A DNA stretch of 45,055 nucleotides from Cyanobacteriota bacterium (GTDB lineage Bacteria; Cyanobacteriota; Cyanobacteriia; PCC-6307; Cyanobiaceae), in the NCBI GenBank assembly GCA_041181145.1, contig JBEGQE010000041.1, positions 1 to 45,055 on the forward strand, read 5' to 3'. A model generated the notes under the pieces. It saw only the letters and a list, made by a program, of their open reading frames with translations. It searched no databases and was not told where the DNA came from. Made by a program: the position numbers and the translations under genes. Within the stretch, counting starts at the first letter, position 1, and each line of letters starts with the position of its first letter. Positions 1 through 9,334 of this stretch are shown here, one piece after another.

Positions 1-1037
1 TGGCCCTGTTGGTGATCCTGGTGGTGAGCGCCAGCCTCGGGGTGCTGCGACTGCGTCCCTGGCGGTTGCTGCGCGGTGGCGTGCTGCTGGCCGTTCTGGC
101 GCTGGGGCTCGGGGGTGGCAGCCGTGCCCTGCTGGCCCGCAATCTTTCCGGCACCTACCGCAACGACCGCTTGCTGCTCAGCCGGACCACCCTGGAGCCG
201 AGCGCTCGACTGCAACAGCGCCCCTGTGCCAGCTTCCTGCCAGCGGCGATCAGTGTGGAGGCCGTCCAGCGCCGGCGGGTGTTGCGGGTGGGCCTGCGCA
301 GCGCGCAGGTGCCCTGGGCCTTCCGCAACGGTGCCGGTGATCTGGTGGGCTACGACGTGGACCTGGCCAAAGCCCTGGCCCGCCATCTGGGGGTGCAGCT
401 GGAGGTGTGCGAGGCGCCGTTGCCGCACTTGCAGAGCCTGCTCCAGCAGCGCCGGCTGGATCTGGCGATGGGCGGCATTCAGGATCTGCCGCTTCGGTCC
501 CTGCGCGTGCTGGTGAGTGGTGGCTATCAGACGGTGCATCTCGCTCTGGTGAGCAGCGACGACAGGGTTTCCCTGCTTCAGAACCTGGCCGACACGCCGC
601 TGGAGCGGCCGCTGCGCCTGGCCACGATCGATCGCGATCTGATCACCCCGGCCGTGCGCGATCAGATCGCTGCCCAACTCGGTGCTGCCGGGCGCCCTGC
701 CGCCGTCACCATCCAGTCGATCTCCTCCCCCCGGGATTTTCTCGCTGATCGCCATCGCTTCGACGCCCTGATCACCACCGCTGAGGGCGGGGCCAGCTGG
801 GCGGTGCTGCATCCCGACACGACAATGCTGCCTCTATTCGGCAACAGCCTGCCCTCTGAGCTGGTGGTGCTGGTGGGCGGCAATGACCGCGGCTTCCTCG
901 ACTTCGTCGACGATTGGCTGGCCCGCCAGGAGAGTCGTGGTCGCCTGGAGAAGCTGTTCCGGCACTGGGTGCTGGTGTCCGGCCCGCTCAATGCTGAGCC
1001 GGGCGGCGAGCCTCCTGTCAGGTCGACGGGCCCGTAG
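1..1037 (+). CDS. 5'-truncated membrane protein with C-terminal family-3 substrate-binding domain (probably dicarboxylate/amino acid:cation symporter-SBP fusion)
   Basis: Frame is open from the window edge. Hydrophobic segments precede SBP_bac_3-type motifs (LRVG, PWAFRN..G.LVGYDVDLAKALA..LGV, DLAMGG). The symporter part would lie outside the window, so it is inferred. Confidence 0.65.
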   Translation, partial: ALLVILVVSASLGVLRLRPWRLLRGGVLLAVLALGLGGGSRALLARNLSGTYRNDRLLLSRTTLEPSARLQQRPCASFLPAAISVEAVQRRRVLRVGLRSAQVPWAFRNGAGDLVGYDVDLAKALARHLGVQLEVCEAPLPHLQSLLQQRRLDLAMGGIQDLPLRSLRVLVSGGYQTVHLALVSSDDRVSLLQNLADTPLERPLRLATIDRDLITPAVRDQIAAQLGAAGRPAAVTIQSISSPRDFLADRHRFDALITTAEGGASWAVLHPDTTMLPLFGNSLPSELVVLVGGNDRGFLDFVDDWLARQESRGRLEKLFRHWVLVSGPLNAEPGGEPPVRSTGP

Positions 1038-2100
1038 TCCCAGGAGCCGCCGCCGCCGTCGCTCCGGCGCAGGAGCTGCCCTGGCCCGCCGTGCAGCCGT
1101 AGCAGTGGTTGCCCCAGTGAATCGGTGCGTCGATCAGACCCGAGGACTCCAGATCGGCGATGGTGAGGCGGTGCTCGTCGCTGGCGCCCGCCCCCAGAGG
1201 CAGCTCCAGCATCTGGTTGAAGTCGCAGTCGTACAGGTGGCCGTCGGCGGCCACGGACACCGTGTCACGGCACATCAGGCCGCAGAGGGCATCGGGGTTG
1301 AAGGCCCGCTGCAGCAGCCCGAGATAGCAGTTCACATGGCCATCAGCCTGCAACTGCTCCAGGAAGCGGGCGATCGGCATGTTGTTCAGGCCGATCAGGC
1401 GATCGAACACAACGCCGGCCTGCTCGTGCAGCTGCCGTTTCCATCCCCGTTCGTCGCAGGCGGTGAGGTGCTGCAGGCGGGTGCCGCAAGGGTTGCTCAT
1501 CAGGGTGAGCAGCCGCCGGGGATCCCCCTGGCCGTAGCCCAGGCCGTTGAGCAGGCGCAGGGCGCGGATGGAGGCCTCCCAGGTGCCCTCACCCCGTTGG
1601 GCATCCGTGCCAGCGGCCTCGGGTTGGGGCAGGCTGGCCACGATCTCCACCCCCTGCTCGGCCAGGAATGGCGCCAGATCGGCCAGGGCCGGCAGCAGCA
1701 GCACCGTGAGGTTGCAGCGGTCGATCACCTGGATTTCCAGCGCGCGGGCGCGGCGCACCAAGTCGCGGAAGCGTGGGTGCAGCTCGGGGGCGCCGCCGGT
1801 GAGATCGAGCACGGCCGGTCGCAGCCGCTCCAGGGCCGCCAGGCACTGCTCCACCACCGGATCGCCCATCTGCGTGTGGCCCTGGTGCGGGCCGGCATCC
1901 ACATGGCAGTGGCTGCAGCGCATGTTGCAGAGCTTGCCCAGGTTGAGCTGCAGCACGCGCAGGTTGCCCCGCCGCGGTTCCGCCAGGCCGCGGGCAGCGA
2001 GCTGGTGGCGGAAGCCCAGCTCCCCAGCCAGGGCACCCTCGAGCACTCCGCATTGCTCAGGGGCGCTGAGCCGCGGCGGGTTGGTGGTGCCCATGCTCAC
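1018..2100 (-). CDS. arsS: Radical SAM/Cys-rich protein, arsenosugar biosynthesis ArsS family
   Basis: LQLNLGKLCNMRCSHCHVDAGP (CxxxCxxC), LDLTGGAPE, LMCR, YDCDFNQM, C-terminal HCYGCTAGQGSSC. Start is GTG 2100 (overlapping the upstream TGA) or ATG 2094; the track's 2460 start lies inside the GH57 gene. Confidence 0.85.
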   Translation of the reverse strand: MSMGTTNPPRLSAPEQCGVLEGALAGELGFRHQLAARGLAEPRRGNLRVLQLNLGKLCNMRCSHCHVDAGPHQGHTQMGDPVVEQCLAALERLRPAVLDLTGGAPELHPRFRDLVRRARALEIQVIDRCNLTVLLLPALADLAPFLAEQGVEIVASLPQPEAAGTDAQRGEGTWEASIRALRLLNGLGYGQGDPRRLLTLMSNPCGTRLQHLTACDERGWKRQLHEQAGVVFDRLIGLNNMPIARFLEQLQADGHVNCYLGLLQRAFNPDALCGLMCRDTVSVAADGHLYDCDFNQMLELPLGAGASDEHRLTIADLESSGLIDAPIHWGNHCYGCTAGQGSSCAGATAAAAPGTTGPST

Positions 2101-3710
2101 GCCTCCGCAGCCGCTGCCGGAGGGGGCTGCGCCGCTCTGGGAACCGTCGGGGCTGTGGCCCAGTCCGCCGCGTTGAGCCGGGGGAAGAGGCTGTCCTCCC
2201 GGCAGATCGCGTTCAGCCAGTCCGGCGCTGGTGCCTGGCCCCGGTCCAGGGCCTCCATCAGGCGCCAGAAGCGCCCCAGGTGGCGCTCGATCCGCTCGCG
2301 GGCCAGTTCGGTGGTGGTGCCGGCCCGCAGGATGAAGCTCCAGTCGGAGCTCTGCGCCAGCAGCAGTTCGCGGCCCGCCTGGGTGAGCAGGTCGCGGTCG
2401 GCGGCGCTGGCCACACCGCGGTTCACCCGCTGCACCATCGCCCGCGAGGCGCGGTGCCATTGGGGGATCACCCAGGCGTTGCTGTCGTTCAACCAGTAGT
2501 TGTGATAGCCGCCCTGGCCCCAGCTGGAGGGGGAGGGCTGGCAGAGCTGCAGGGCCTCCCCGCGGCTCAGGCTTTCGCGCAGGGTCACCAGGCCCACCCC
2601 TTCCGCTTCGGCCTGGCGGAACAGTTCGGCCAGGAACTGCGGGCCTTCAAACCACCAGTGGCCGAACAGCTCCGCATCGAAGGGGGCCACCAGCAGTGGC
2701 TGGCGCTCCATTGCCGCCCCCAGGTCCAGCAGGTGCTGGCTGCGGCCCTGCAGGTAGTGGCGGGCGTCGCCCTTCACGCAGGCGGCGGCCTCGGCGGGCC
2801 GGTAGGGCTGCTTGGCCTCCAGGCTGCAGGCGCGCCCGCTCACCTTGTGCAGTTTCAGGCCCAGGGGGCGCGGGCAGCCGATGCCGCGGGCGGCCAGCTC
2901 CTCGGGCGGCAGGTCCCAGCCCAGATCGCGGTGGAATTCCCGGTACGGCGCCTGGCCGGGGTAGCCGTCGCGGGCGCTCCACACCGGCAGGGTGGATTCG
3001 CTGTCGCGGGCGAAGAAGGCCATGCCCGCTGGCGTGCAGATCGGCGCGTAGACGCCGTAGCGGGGGCGGGGCTGGCCGTGCAGCAGGCCGTGGGCGTCGA
3101 GGATGGCGTAGCGCAGGCCGCAGCTCACCAGCAGCCGATCGAGGCCTTCGTAGTAGGCGCACTCCGGCAGCCAGATGCCCTGGGGACGCACCCCCAGCAG
3201 CCGCTCGTGCTCGCGCACCGCTGTGAGCAGTTGGGCCCGCACCGCCTCAGGGCAATCGCGCAGCAGCGGCAGGTAGCCGTGGGTGGCGGCGCAGGTGAGC
3301 AGATCGAGCACGCCGGCCTGCTGCAGTGCGCGGAAGCGTGGCAGCAGATCGCCGCCGCAGGCCTGCCAGGCGGCGCTGGCCCGGGCCAGTTCGCGCTCGA
3401 GCCCTGCCACGGCCTGCTCATGGCCGGACGGGGCCTGGCCCAGCAGCTCCTGGCGCACCGCCAGCCAGGGACCGAAGCGGCGGCTCAGTTCGTCGCTGCT
3501 CAGCAGCGACAGCAGCGTGGGCGAGAGGCCCATGCTCAGCCGCGGCTTCAGGGCCGGTTCTGCGGCGGCCTGCTCCAGCACATCGAGCAGGGGCAGGTAG
3601 CACTCGAGCAGGGCCTGGAAGTACCAGTCCTCTTCCAGCGAGCCTGGCTCACTGGAATGGACGTACGGCAGGTGCGCGTGCAGCACCAGGGCCAGATTCC
3701 CGGCGGCCAA
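2097..3710 (-). CDS. Glycoside hydrolase family 57 (DUF1957), branching-enzyme type
   Basis: HAHLPYV, ATHGYLPL, GIWLPECAY, PFDAELFGHWWFEG, AQSSDW motifs; TTG start. Confidence 0.92.
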   Translation of the reverse strand: MAAGNLALVLHAHLPYVHSSEPGSLEEDWYFQALLECYLPLLDVLEQAAAEPALKPRLSMGLSPTLLSLLSSDELSRRFGPWLAVRQELLGQAPSGHEQAVAGLERELARASAAWQACGGDLLPRFRALQQAGVLDLLTCAATHGYLPLLRDCPEAVRAQLLTAVREHERLLGVRPQGIWLPECAYYEGLDRLLVSCGLRYAILDAHGLLHGQPRPRYGVYAPICTPAGMAFFARDSESTLPVWSARDGYPGQAPYREFHRDLGWDLPPEELAARGIGCPRPLGLKLHKVSGRACSLEAKQPYRPAEAAACVKGDARHYLQGRSQHLLDLGAAMERQPLLVAPFDAELFGHWWFEGPQFLAELFRQAEAEGVGLVTLRESLSRGEALQLCQPSPSSWGQGGYHNYWLNDSNAWVIPQWHRASRAMVQRVNRGVASAADRDLLTQAGRELLLAQSSDWSFILRAGTTTELARERIERHLGRFWRLMEALDRGQAPAPDWLNAICREDSLFPRLNAADWATAPTVPRAAQPPPAAAAEA

Positions 3711-3778
3711 GGTCGCAGCCCACAGTGGGTCTGACTCTAGGCGCTGCTTCTAGGCTTCCCCCAGGCGATCCGGTGGGG

Positions 3779-4312
3779 ATGCAGCTCGCACTGGCCGTGG
3801 ACGGCCACAGCATGTTCTACGTGCAGCAGAAGCTCGGCTGGTTCTTCGACCCACGCCGTCTGCTCCAGCTGGCCACCGCTACCCCAGGCCTGGAGATCGG
3901 CAGTGCCTTTTGGTACGCCGGCCTCAAGGACCCCACCGACCAGCGCCCGTTCCGCGACGCCCTCACCAGCCTCGGTTTCACGGTGCGCACCAAGCCCCTG
4001 CGCGAGCTGGGCGGGGAGTCGGAAGTGCGTCAGTTTGCCCGCGCCAACCTCGATGTGGAGATCGCCATCGATCTGATGGCGGTGGCGCACCGCAGCGATG
4101 TGGTGTGGCTGCTCAGCGGCAGCCGGGATCTGGAGCGGCTGCTGGAGGTGCTGCGGGCCCGCGGGCTGCAGACCGTGCTGATCAGCACCGATGGCATGGT
4201 GCCGCGGGAGTTGCGCAACGCCGCCGACCGTTTCGTGGATCTGGCGGGGCTGCGGCCGCAGCTGGAGAAGGCCGAGGCGCCGCAGCAGCCCGTGTTCAGC
4301 CGCACCCCCTAG
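3779..4312 (+). CDS. labA: NYN-domain protein, LabA/DUF88 family
   Basis: VDGHSMFYVQQKLGWFFDPRRLL, FRDALTSLGFTVRTK, ANLDVEIAIDL, ELRNAADRFVDL resemble cyanobacterial LabA. ATG 3779. Confidence 0.8.
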   Translation: MQLALAVDGHSMFYVQQKLGWFFDPRRLLQLATATPGLEIGSAFWYAGLKDPTDQRPFRDALTSLGFTVRTKPLRELGGESEVRQFARANLDVEIAIDLMAVAHRSDVVWLLSGSRDLERLLEVLRARGLQTVLISTDGMVPRELRNAADRFVDLAGLRPQLEKAEAPQQPVFSRTP

Positions 4313-4351
4313 ACTGGGGCTAACTCATAACCATTCCGACTTACTGCCGCC

Positions 4352-5992
4352 ATGGCGCGCGATCCCGGCCGGGTCCTGATCTTCGACACCACGCTCCGTG
4401 ATGGGGAGCAGTCGCCCGGCGCCAGCCTGAACCTGGAGGAGAAGCTGGCGATCGCCCAGCAGCTGGCACGGCTCGGGGTCGACATCATCGAGGCCGGTTT
4501 CCCGTTCGCCAGCCCCGGCGACTTCAACGCCGTGCAGCGCATCGCTGCCACAGTGGGAACCCCCGAGGGTCCGGTGATCTGCGGCCTGGCCCGCGCCGCC
4601 CAGGGCGACATCAAGGCCTGCGCCGAGGCCGTGGCTCCGGCGGCCCGCAAGCGCATCCACACCTTCATCGCCACCAGCGACATCCACCTCGAACACAAGC
4701 TGCGCAAGAGCCGCGCCGAGGTGCTGAAGATCGCCGGCGAGATGGTGGCCTACGCCCGCTCCCTCGTCGACGACGTGGAGTTCTCCTGCGAGGACGCCGG
4801 CCGCTCCGATCCGGAGTTCATGTATCAGGTGATCGAGGCCGCCATCGCCGCCGGCGCCACCACGATCAACATCCCGGACACGGTGGGCTATGCCACCCCC
4901 ACCGAATTCGGTGCCCTGATCGACGGCATCAACTGCCACGTGCCGAATATCGACCAGGCGGTGATCTCGGTGCACGGCCACAACGATCTCGGCCTGGCGG
5001 TGGCCAACTTCCTCGAAGCCGTCAAGAACGGCGCCCGCCAGCTGGAATGCACGATCAACGGCATCGGCGAGCGGGCCGGCAACGCCTCGCTCGAGGAGCT
5101 GGTGATGGCGTTGCACGTGCGCCGCGCTTACTACAACCCGTTCCTCGGCCGCCCGGCCGACTCGACCGAACCGCTCACTGGCGTGCGCACCGAGGAGATC
5201 TACAAAACCTCGCGCCTGGTGAGCAAACTCACCGGCATGGCGGTGCAGCCCAACAAGGCGATCGTGGGGGCCAATGCCTTCGCCCACGAGAGCGGCATCC
5301 ACCAGGACGGCGTGCTCAAGAACAGGCTCACCTACGAGATCATCGATGCGCGCACGATCGGCCTGGCCGACAACCGCATCTCCCTGGGCAAGCTGAGCGG
5401 CCGCAGCGCCTTCCGCGCCCGCCTCGAGGAGCTCGGCTACAACCTCGAGCGCGACGACCTCGACGACGCCTTCGCCCGCTTCAAGGAGCTGGCCGATCGC
5501 AAACGCGAGATCAGCGACCGCGATCTCGAGGCGATCGTCAGCGAGCAGGTGCAGCAGCAGGATGAGGCCCGCTACAGCCTCAAGCTGGTGCAGGTGAGCA
5601 CCGGCACCAACCTTCGCCCCACCGCCACCGTCACCCTGGTGAACAGCGACGGCGCCGAGCTCACTGAGGCGGCGATCGGCACCGGTCCGGTGGATGCGGT
5701 CTGCCAGGCCCTCAACCAGCTGGCGCGCGTGCCCAATGAATTGGTGGAGTTCTCGGTGAAGTCGGTCACCGAGGGCATCGATGCCATGGGTGAGGTGACG
5801 ATCCGCCTGCGCGCCGATGGGGTGCTCTACTCCGGCCACGCCGCCGACACCGACATCGTGGTGGCTGCGGCTCAGGCGTTCGTGAATGCCCTCAACCGCC
5901 TGGTGGCCGGCAGCCAGCGCACACCCCTCCATCCCCAGAAGGCGCCCCTGCCGGTGGGCGATCTGGCGCCGGCCGAGCGGCCGCGTCTCTGA
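4352..5992 (+). CDS. leuA: 2-isopropylmalate synthase
   Basis: [39 protein letters not shown]-terminal regulatory domain (GPVDA). Confidence 0.97.
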   Translation: MARDPGRVLIFDTTLRDGEQSPGASLNLEEKLAIAQQLARLGVDIIEAGFPFASPGDFNAVQRIAATVGTPEGPVICGLARAAQGDIKACAEAVAPAARKRIHTFIATSDIHLEHKLRKSRAEVLKIAGEMVAYARSLVDDVEFSCEDAGRSDPEFMYQVIEAAIAAGATTINIPDTVGYATPTEFGALIDGINCHVPNIDQAVISVHGHNDLGLAVANFLEAVKNGARQLECTINGIGERAGNASLEELVMALHVRRAYYNPFLGRPADSTEPLTGVRTEEIYKTSRLVSKLTGMAVQPNKAIVGANAFAHESGIHQDGVLKNRLTYEIIDARTIGLADNRISLGKLSGRSAFRARLEELGYNLERDDLDDAFARFKELADRKREISDRDLEAIVSEQVQQQDEARYSLKLVQVSTGTNLRPTATVTLVNSDGAELTEAAIGTGPVDAVCQALNQLARVPNELVEFSVKSVTEGIDAMGEVTIRLRADGVLYSGHAADTDIVVAAAQAFVNALNRLVAGSQRTPLHPQKAPLPVGDLAPAERPRL

Positions 5993-5997
5993 TCGGG

Positions 5998-6855
5998 ATG
6001 TTGGCCATGCCACCACTCCGCAGCGGACGGCCCCGCAGCACGGCGGCCAGCGCCCTCCAGCTTGCCGTGCTGCTGCTGATTGCCCTGGCGATGCTGGTGC
6101 CGCTGCTCTGGCTGGTGAGCACCTCGCTCAAGGGTCCGGCCGAGGACATCTTCACCACCCCACCGGCGCTGCTGCCCAGTCAGCCCAGCCTGGATGCCTA
6201 CCGGCGGCTGTTTGCCGACAGCCCGATGCTCACCTACCTGCGCAACAGCGCCATCGTGAGCGGTCTGGCGGTGCTGGCCAACCTGCTGTTCTGCTCGCTG
6301 GCGGCCTATCCCCTGGCGCGGATGCGCTTCGCCGGCCGCGGCCTGGTGCTGGCGCTGGTGGTGAGCACCATCCTGATTCCCTTTCAGGTGGTGATGATCC
6401 CGCTCTACCTGCTGATGGTGCAGCTGGGCCTGCGCAACAGCCTCTGGGCGTTGATCCTTCCCCAGGCCGCCACCGCCTTCGGCATCTTCCTGCTGCGCCA
6501 GAGCTTCGCCGGGGTGCCGGTGGAGCTCGAGGAGGCGGCTCGCATCGATGGCTGCACGCCCCTGGGCGAATGGTGGAACGTGATGATCCCCGCCGCGCGC
6601 GCCGATCTGATCACCCTGGCAATGTTCGTGTTCATCGGCACCTGGAGCGATTTCCTCTGGCCGCTGGTGATCCTCGACGACCCGACTCTCTACACCCTGC
6701 CCCTGGGCCTGCAGCAGCTTTCCAGCAGCTTTGGCCTCGACTGGCGCCTGGTGGCCGCCGGCGCCGTGGTGTCGATCCTGCCGGTGCTGGCCCTGTTCAT
6801 CGGCCTGCAGCGCTACATCCTTCCCAGCGCCAGCGGCGATGCGGTGAAGGGCTGA
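5998..6855 (+). CDS. Carbohydrate ABC transporter permease
   Basis: Several TM segments and the EAA loop ELEEAARIDG; WSDFLWPL. Start at 5998 or 6007. Confidence 0.92.
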   Translation: MLAMPPLRSGRPRSTAASALQLAVLLLIALAMLVPLLWLVSTSLKGPAEDIFTTPPALLPSQPSLDAYRRLFADSPMLTYLRNSAIVSGLAVLANLLFCSLAAYPLARMRFAGRGLVLALVVSTILIPFQVVMIPLYLLMVQLGLRNSLWALILPQAATAFGIFLLRQSFAGVPVELEEAARIDGCTPLGEWWNVMIPAARADLITLAMFVFIGTWSDFLWPLVILDDPTLYTLPLGLQQLSSSFGLDWRLVAAGAVVSILPVLALFIGLQRYILPSASGDAVKG

Positions 6856-6880
6856 GGGGACTCCGCTGCGGGCCGGTCGT

Positions 6881-8062
6881 TCACGATCCACACAGATCGG
6901 TCAGTCCGAGCGCCAGCCGCCGCAGCGCCTCGTCGAGGTCGCCGTCGTTGAGCATCCCGTAGCTGAGCCTTAGGCAGCAGCCCTCCAGGCCGAAGCTGCT
7001 GCCGCTCACCAGCGCCACCCGGTGCTCGCGGATCAGGCGCTCCATCGCCATCTCGCTGCTGAGCGGAGAGTCGATCTGCAGCAGCGCGTAGAAGGCGCCA
7101 TCGGCGGGGCCGAGGATCCGCCAGGGCGGATCCCCTGCGCCCAGGGCGCTGAGAACCCGCTGACGGCGGGGGGCCAGGCCGGCCATGCGCTCGCGGCACC
7201 AGCCGGAGCCGGCCGACAGGGCGGCGGCGGCGGCGCGCTGGATCAGCCGCGGCGGACAGATCAGGATCGTGTCCTGCACCTTGGCCAGCTCAGCCTGCAG
7301 GCCCTGCGGCACCACGGCCCACCCCACCCGCCAGCCGGCCATGCCGTGGCTTTTGGACAGCGACCCCAGCGTGATCGTGTGGCCGCCGCTGCCTGGCTGG
7401 CTGCCGGGGCTCCACACGGCCGTGTCGCCGTGGCGGAACAGGGCATAGGCCTCATCGCAGATGTGCAGAAGGCCGCGCTCGGCGCAGAGTTGGTTGATGG
7501 CCGCCAGCACCGCCTCCGGGATCACTGCGCCGCTGGGGTTGTTGGGCGACACGGTCACGATCGCCCGGGTGTGCGGTGTGATCGCCGCCGCCAGTTGTTC
7601 CGGTTCGGGGATCAGGCCGGCCGATACCGGCACCGGCGTGCCACCGGCCAGCCGGATCGCCATCTCATGGTTGAAGTAGTACGGAACCGGCAGGATCAGC
7701 TCATCGCCCGGATCGCAGAGCACCTGCGCGATGGCGTTGAAGGCCATGTTGCTGCCAGCGCTCAGCAGCAGGGCCGCGCCCTCCAGATCCAGCCCATGCA
7801 CCTGCCGCAGCCAGCCGGCCAGGGCCTGCAGCAGCGCCGGGTCGCCGGCCACCGGCCCATAGGCATCGAGGCTGGGATCGTCGCTGGTGTCGCCGCCTGT
7901 TGCCTGGCGAATCGCCTCGTGCACCGCTGGTGGCGGTCCCCAGTGCACCATCCCCTGTCCCATCGAGAGGGTGCCGGGCGAGCGGCGGATCAGCTCGCCC
8001 ATCACGGGGATCACCGGTGTCTGGACTGCGGCCAGGCGGCGGGCGGCCCCGAGCTCCGGCAT
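6881..8062 (-). CDS. PLP-dependent aminotransferase, class I/II
   Basis: SPNNPSG, CDEAY, SLSKSHGMAGWRVG (PLP lysine), GAFY, LRLSYG. ATG 8062 overlaps the upstream TGA. Confidence 0.92.
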   Translation of the reverse strand: MPELGAARRLAAVQTPVIPVMGELIRRSPGTLSMGQGMVHWGPPPAVHEAIRQATGGDTSDDPSLDAYGPVAGDPALLQALAGWLRQVHGLDLEGAALLLSAGSNMAFNAIAQVLCDPGDELILPVPYYFNHEMAIRLAGGTPVPVSAGLIPEPEQLAAAITPHTRAIVTVSPNNPSGAVIPEAVLAAINQLCAERGLLHICDEAYALFRHGDTAVWSPGSQPGSGGHTITLGSLSKSHGMAGWRVGWAVVPQGLQAELAKVQDTILICPPRLIQRAAAAALSAGSGWCRERMAGLAPRRQRVLSALGAGDPPWRILGPADGAFYALLQIDSPLSSEMAMERLIREHRVALVSGSSFGLEGCCLRLSYGMLNDGDLDEALRRLALGLTDLCGS

Positions 8063-8463
8063 CACGGCTGGTTGACGGGCGGTGCGGGGGGCTCCGGCGG
8101 CAGCAGCGGCTCGAGTTCCGGGCTGCCGGCGGTTTGGCGGGCGGCACTGCGCACCTGCTGCCGCAGGCTGCCCTGCTCCTGGCTGAGGCGCTGCACGTCC
8201 TGCTCCAGGCCTTCCAGGCTCTGCAGCCGCTGCACGGTGGAGCGCAGCTGGTCCTCCAGGGCATTGGTGCGGTCCAGATCGCGGGCGTTCTCCAGGGTCT
8301 GCAGGCGGTTCTGCAGGGTTCTGATCGTCTGCCCCTGATCGCGCACCTGCTGCAGCAGCACCACGAACAACACCGCCAGCAGGGCCGTCAGGCCGGCGCC
8401 CCCCCAGCGCATCCAGCGGGGCAGGCCGGAGAGGGCATCCGGACGGGCGGGCGTTGGGCGCAT
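8062..8463 (-). CDS. Hypothetical membrane-anchored coiled-coil protein
   Basis: One hydrophobic helix (GLTALLAVLFVVLL), a heptad-rich segment and a Pro-rich tail. ATG 8463; stop coupled to the aminotransferase start. Confidence 0.7.
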   Translation of the reverse strand: MRPTPARPDALSGLPRWMRWGGAGLTALLAVLFVVLLQQVRDQGQTIRTLQNRLQTLENARDLDRTNALEDQLRSTVQRLQSLEGLEQDVQRLSQEQGSLRQQVRSAARQTAGSPELEPLLPPEPPAPPVNQP

Positions 8464-8574
8464 CGGGCCGCGGCGGCTGTGGCAAGTCTGAGGGGTGGAC
8501 CCCGGCTTGGCGAGCCTGCAGCCGGCCGCGGGACCCGTTAGGACGGTGTGAGTCCCTCGTCTGTTGTCTTCAAC

Positions 8575-8820
8575 GTGTCGCTGTCGCAGCTCGATGCCTT
8601 CCTGGCCCATGCCCGGGCCATGCCCGAGCTCGCGGCCCGTCTGCAGCAGCCGCTCACCCTGGAGGAGCTGCTGGAACTGGCTGCCTCCCAGGGCTTTGCC
8701 CTGCAGGAGAGCGATGTGATCGCTGCCCAGCTCCGCGAGGAGGAGCACCTCAGCGATGCGGAACTGCAGCGCCGGGCCGGGGCGGAGGCGCGGCGCCTGC
8801 GCAGCTTCATTCCCGGCTGA
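8575..8820 (+). CDS. Nif11-like leader peptide family protein
   Basis: SLSQLDAFLAHARAMPELAARLQ, LAASQGF and LSDAEL match the Nif11 leader pattern. GTG 8575 preferred over 8548. Confidence 0.8.
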   Translation: MSLSQLDAFLAHARAMPELAARLQQPLTLEELLELAASQGFALQESDVIAAQLREEEHLSDAELQRRAGAEARRLRSFIPG

Positions 8821-8823
8821 GCC

Positions 8824-9291
8824 GTGATGGAGCGCGTCAGCGAGTATCCGCGGCCCCCGGCCCTCTGCCCCAGCGCGCAGCATGTGCTGGTGCGGGCCCT
8901 CGGCACGGTGCTGGCGGAAACGCAGCAATCGCTGCGGGTGCTGGAGACCCACCATCCGCCCACCTACTACCTGCCGCCCCAGGCGATGCGGCTGGAGCTC
9001 CTGCGGCCCGCCGCCGGGCGCAGCTTCTGTGAGTGGAAGGGTGTGGCGCGCTACTGGGATGTGGTGGTGGGGGGCCGCTGCCTGCCCGCCGCGGTGTGGT
9101 CCTACCCGGACCCCACCGCGGCCTATGGGGCCTTGGCGGGCTGGTTCGCCGTCTACCCCGGCCGGATGGACGGCTGCTGGCTCGATGGCGAGGCGGTGGA
9201 GCCCCAGGCGGGCGGCTTCTACGGCGGCTGGATCAGCTCAGCGGTGCAGGGGCCGTTCAAGGGCGACCCCGCCCATCCCGAGTTGATCTGA
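8824..9291 (+). CDS. DUF427 domain protein
   Basis: ETHHPPTYYLP, SFCEWKGVARYW, AVWSYPDP, FYGGWI. Confidence 0.88.
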   Translation: MMERVSEYPRPPALCPSAQHVLVRALGTVLAETQQSLRVLETHHPPTYYLPPQAMRLELLRPAAGRSFCEWKGVARYWDVVVGGRCLPAAVWSYPDPTAAYGALAGWFAVYPGRMDGCWLDGEAVEPQAGGFYGGWISSAVQGPFKGDPAHPELI

Positions 9292-9334
9292 ACCGTGGGT
9301 CCCGGCGGCCGATCGATGGGCCGCAGGGGGCGGA

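Noticed and set aside
1040-1110. Possible selenocysteine at the ArsS C-terminus
   Set aside because: The relevant codon is TGC and there is no in-frame TGA before the stop.
4325-6016. Long antisense ORFs opposite leuA (also opposite GH57, zwf, petH, bciB, cobB, opcA)
   Set aside because: Each mirrors a well-supported gene on the other strand and has no domain signal.
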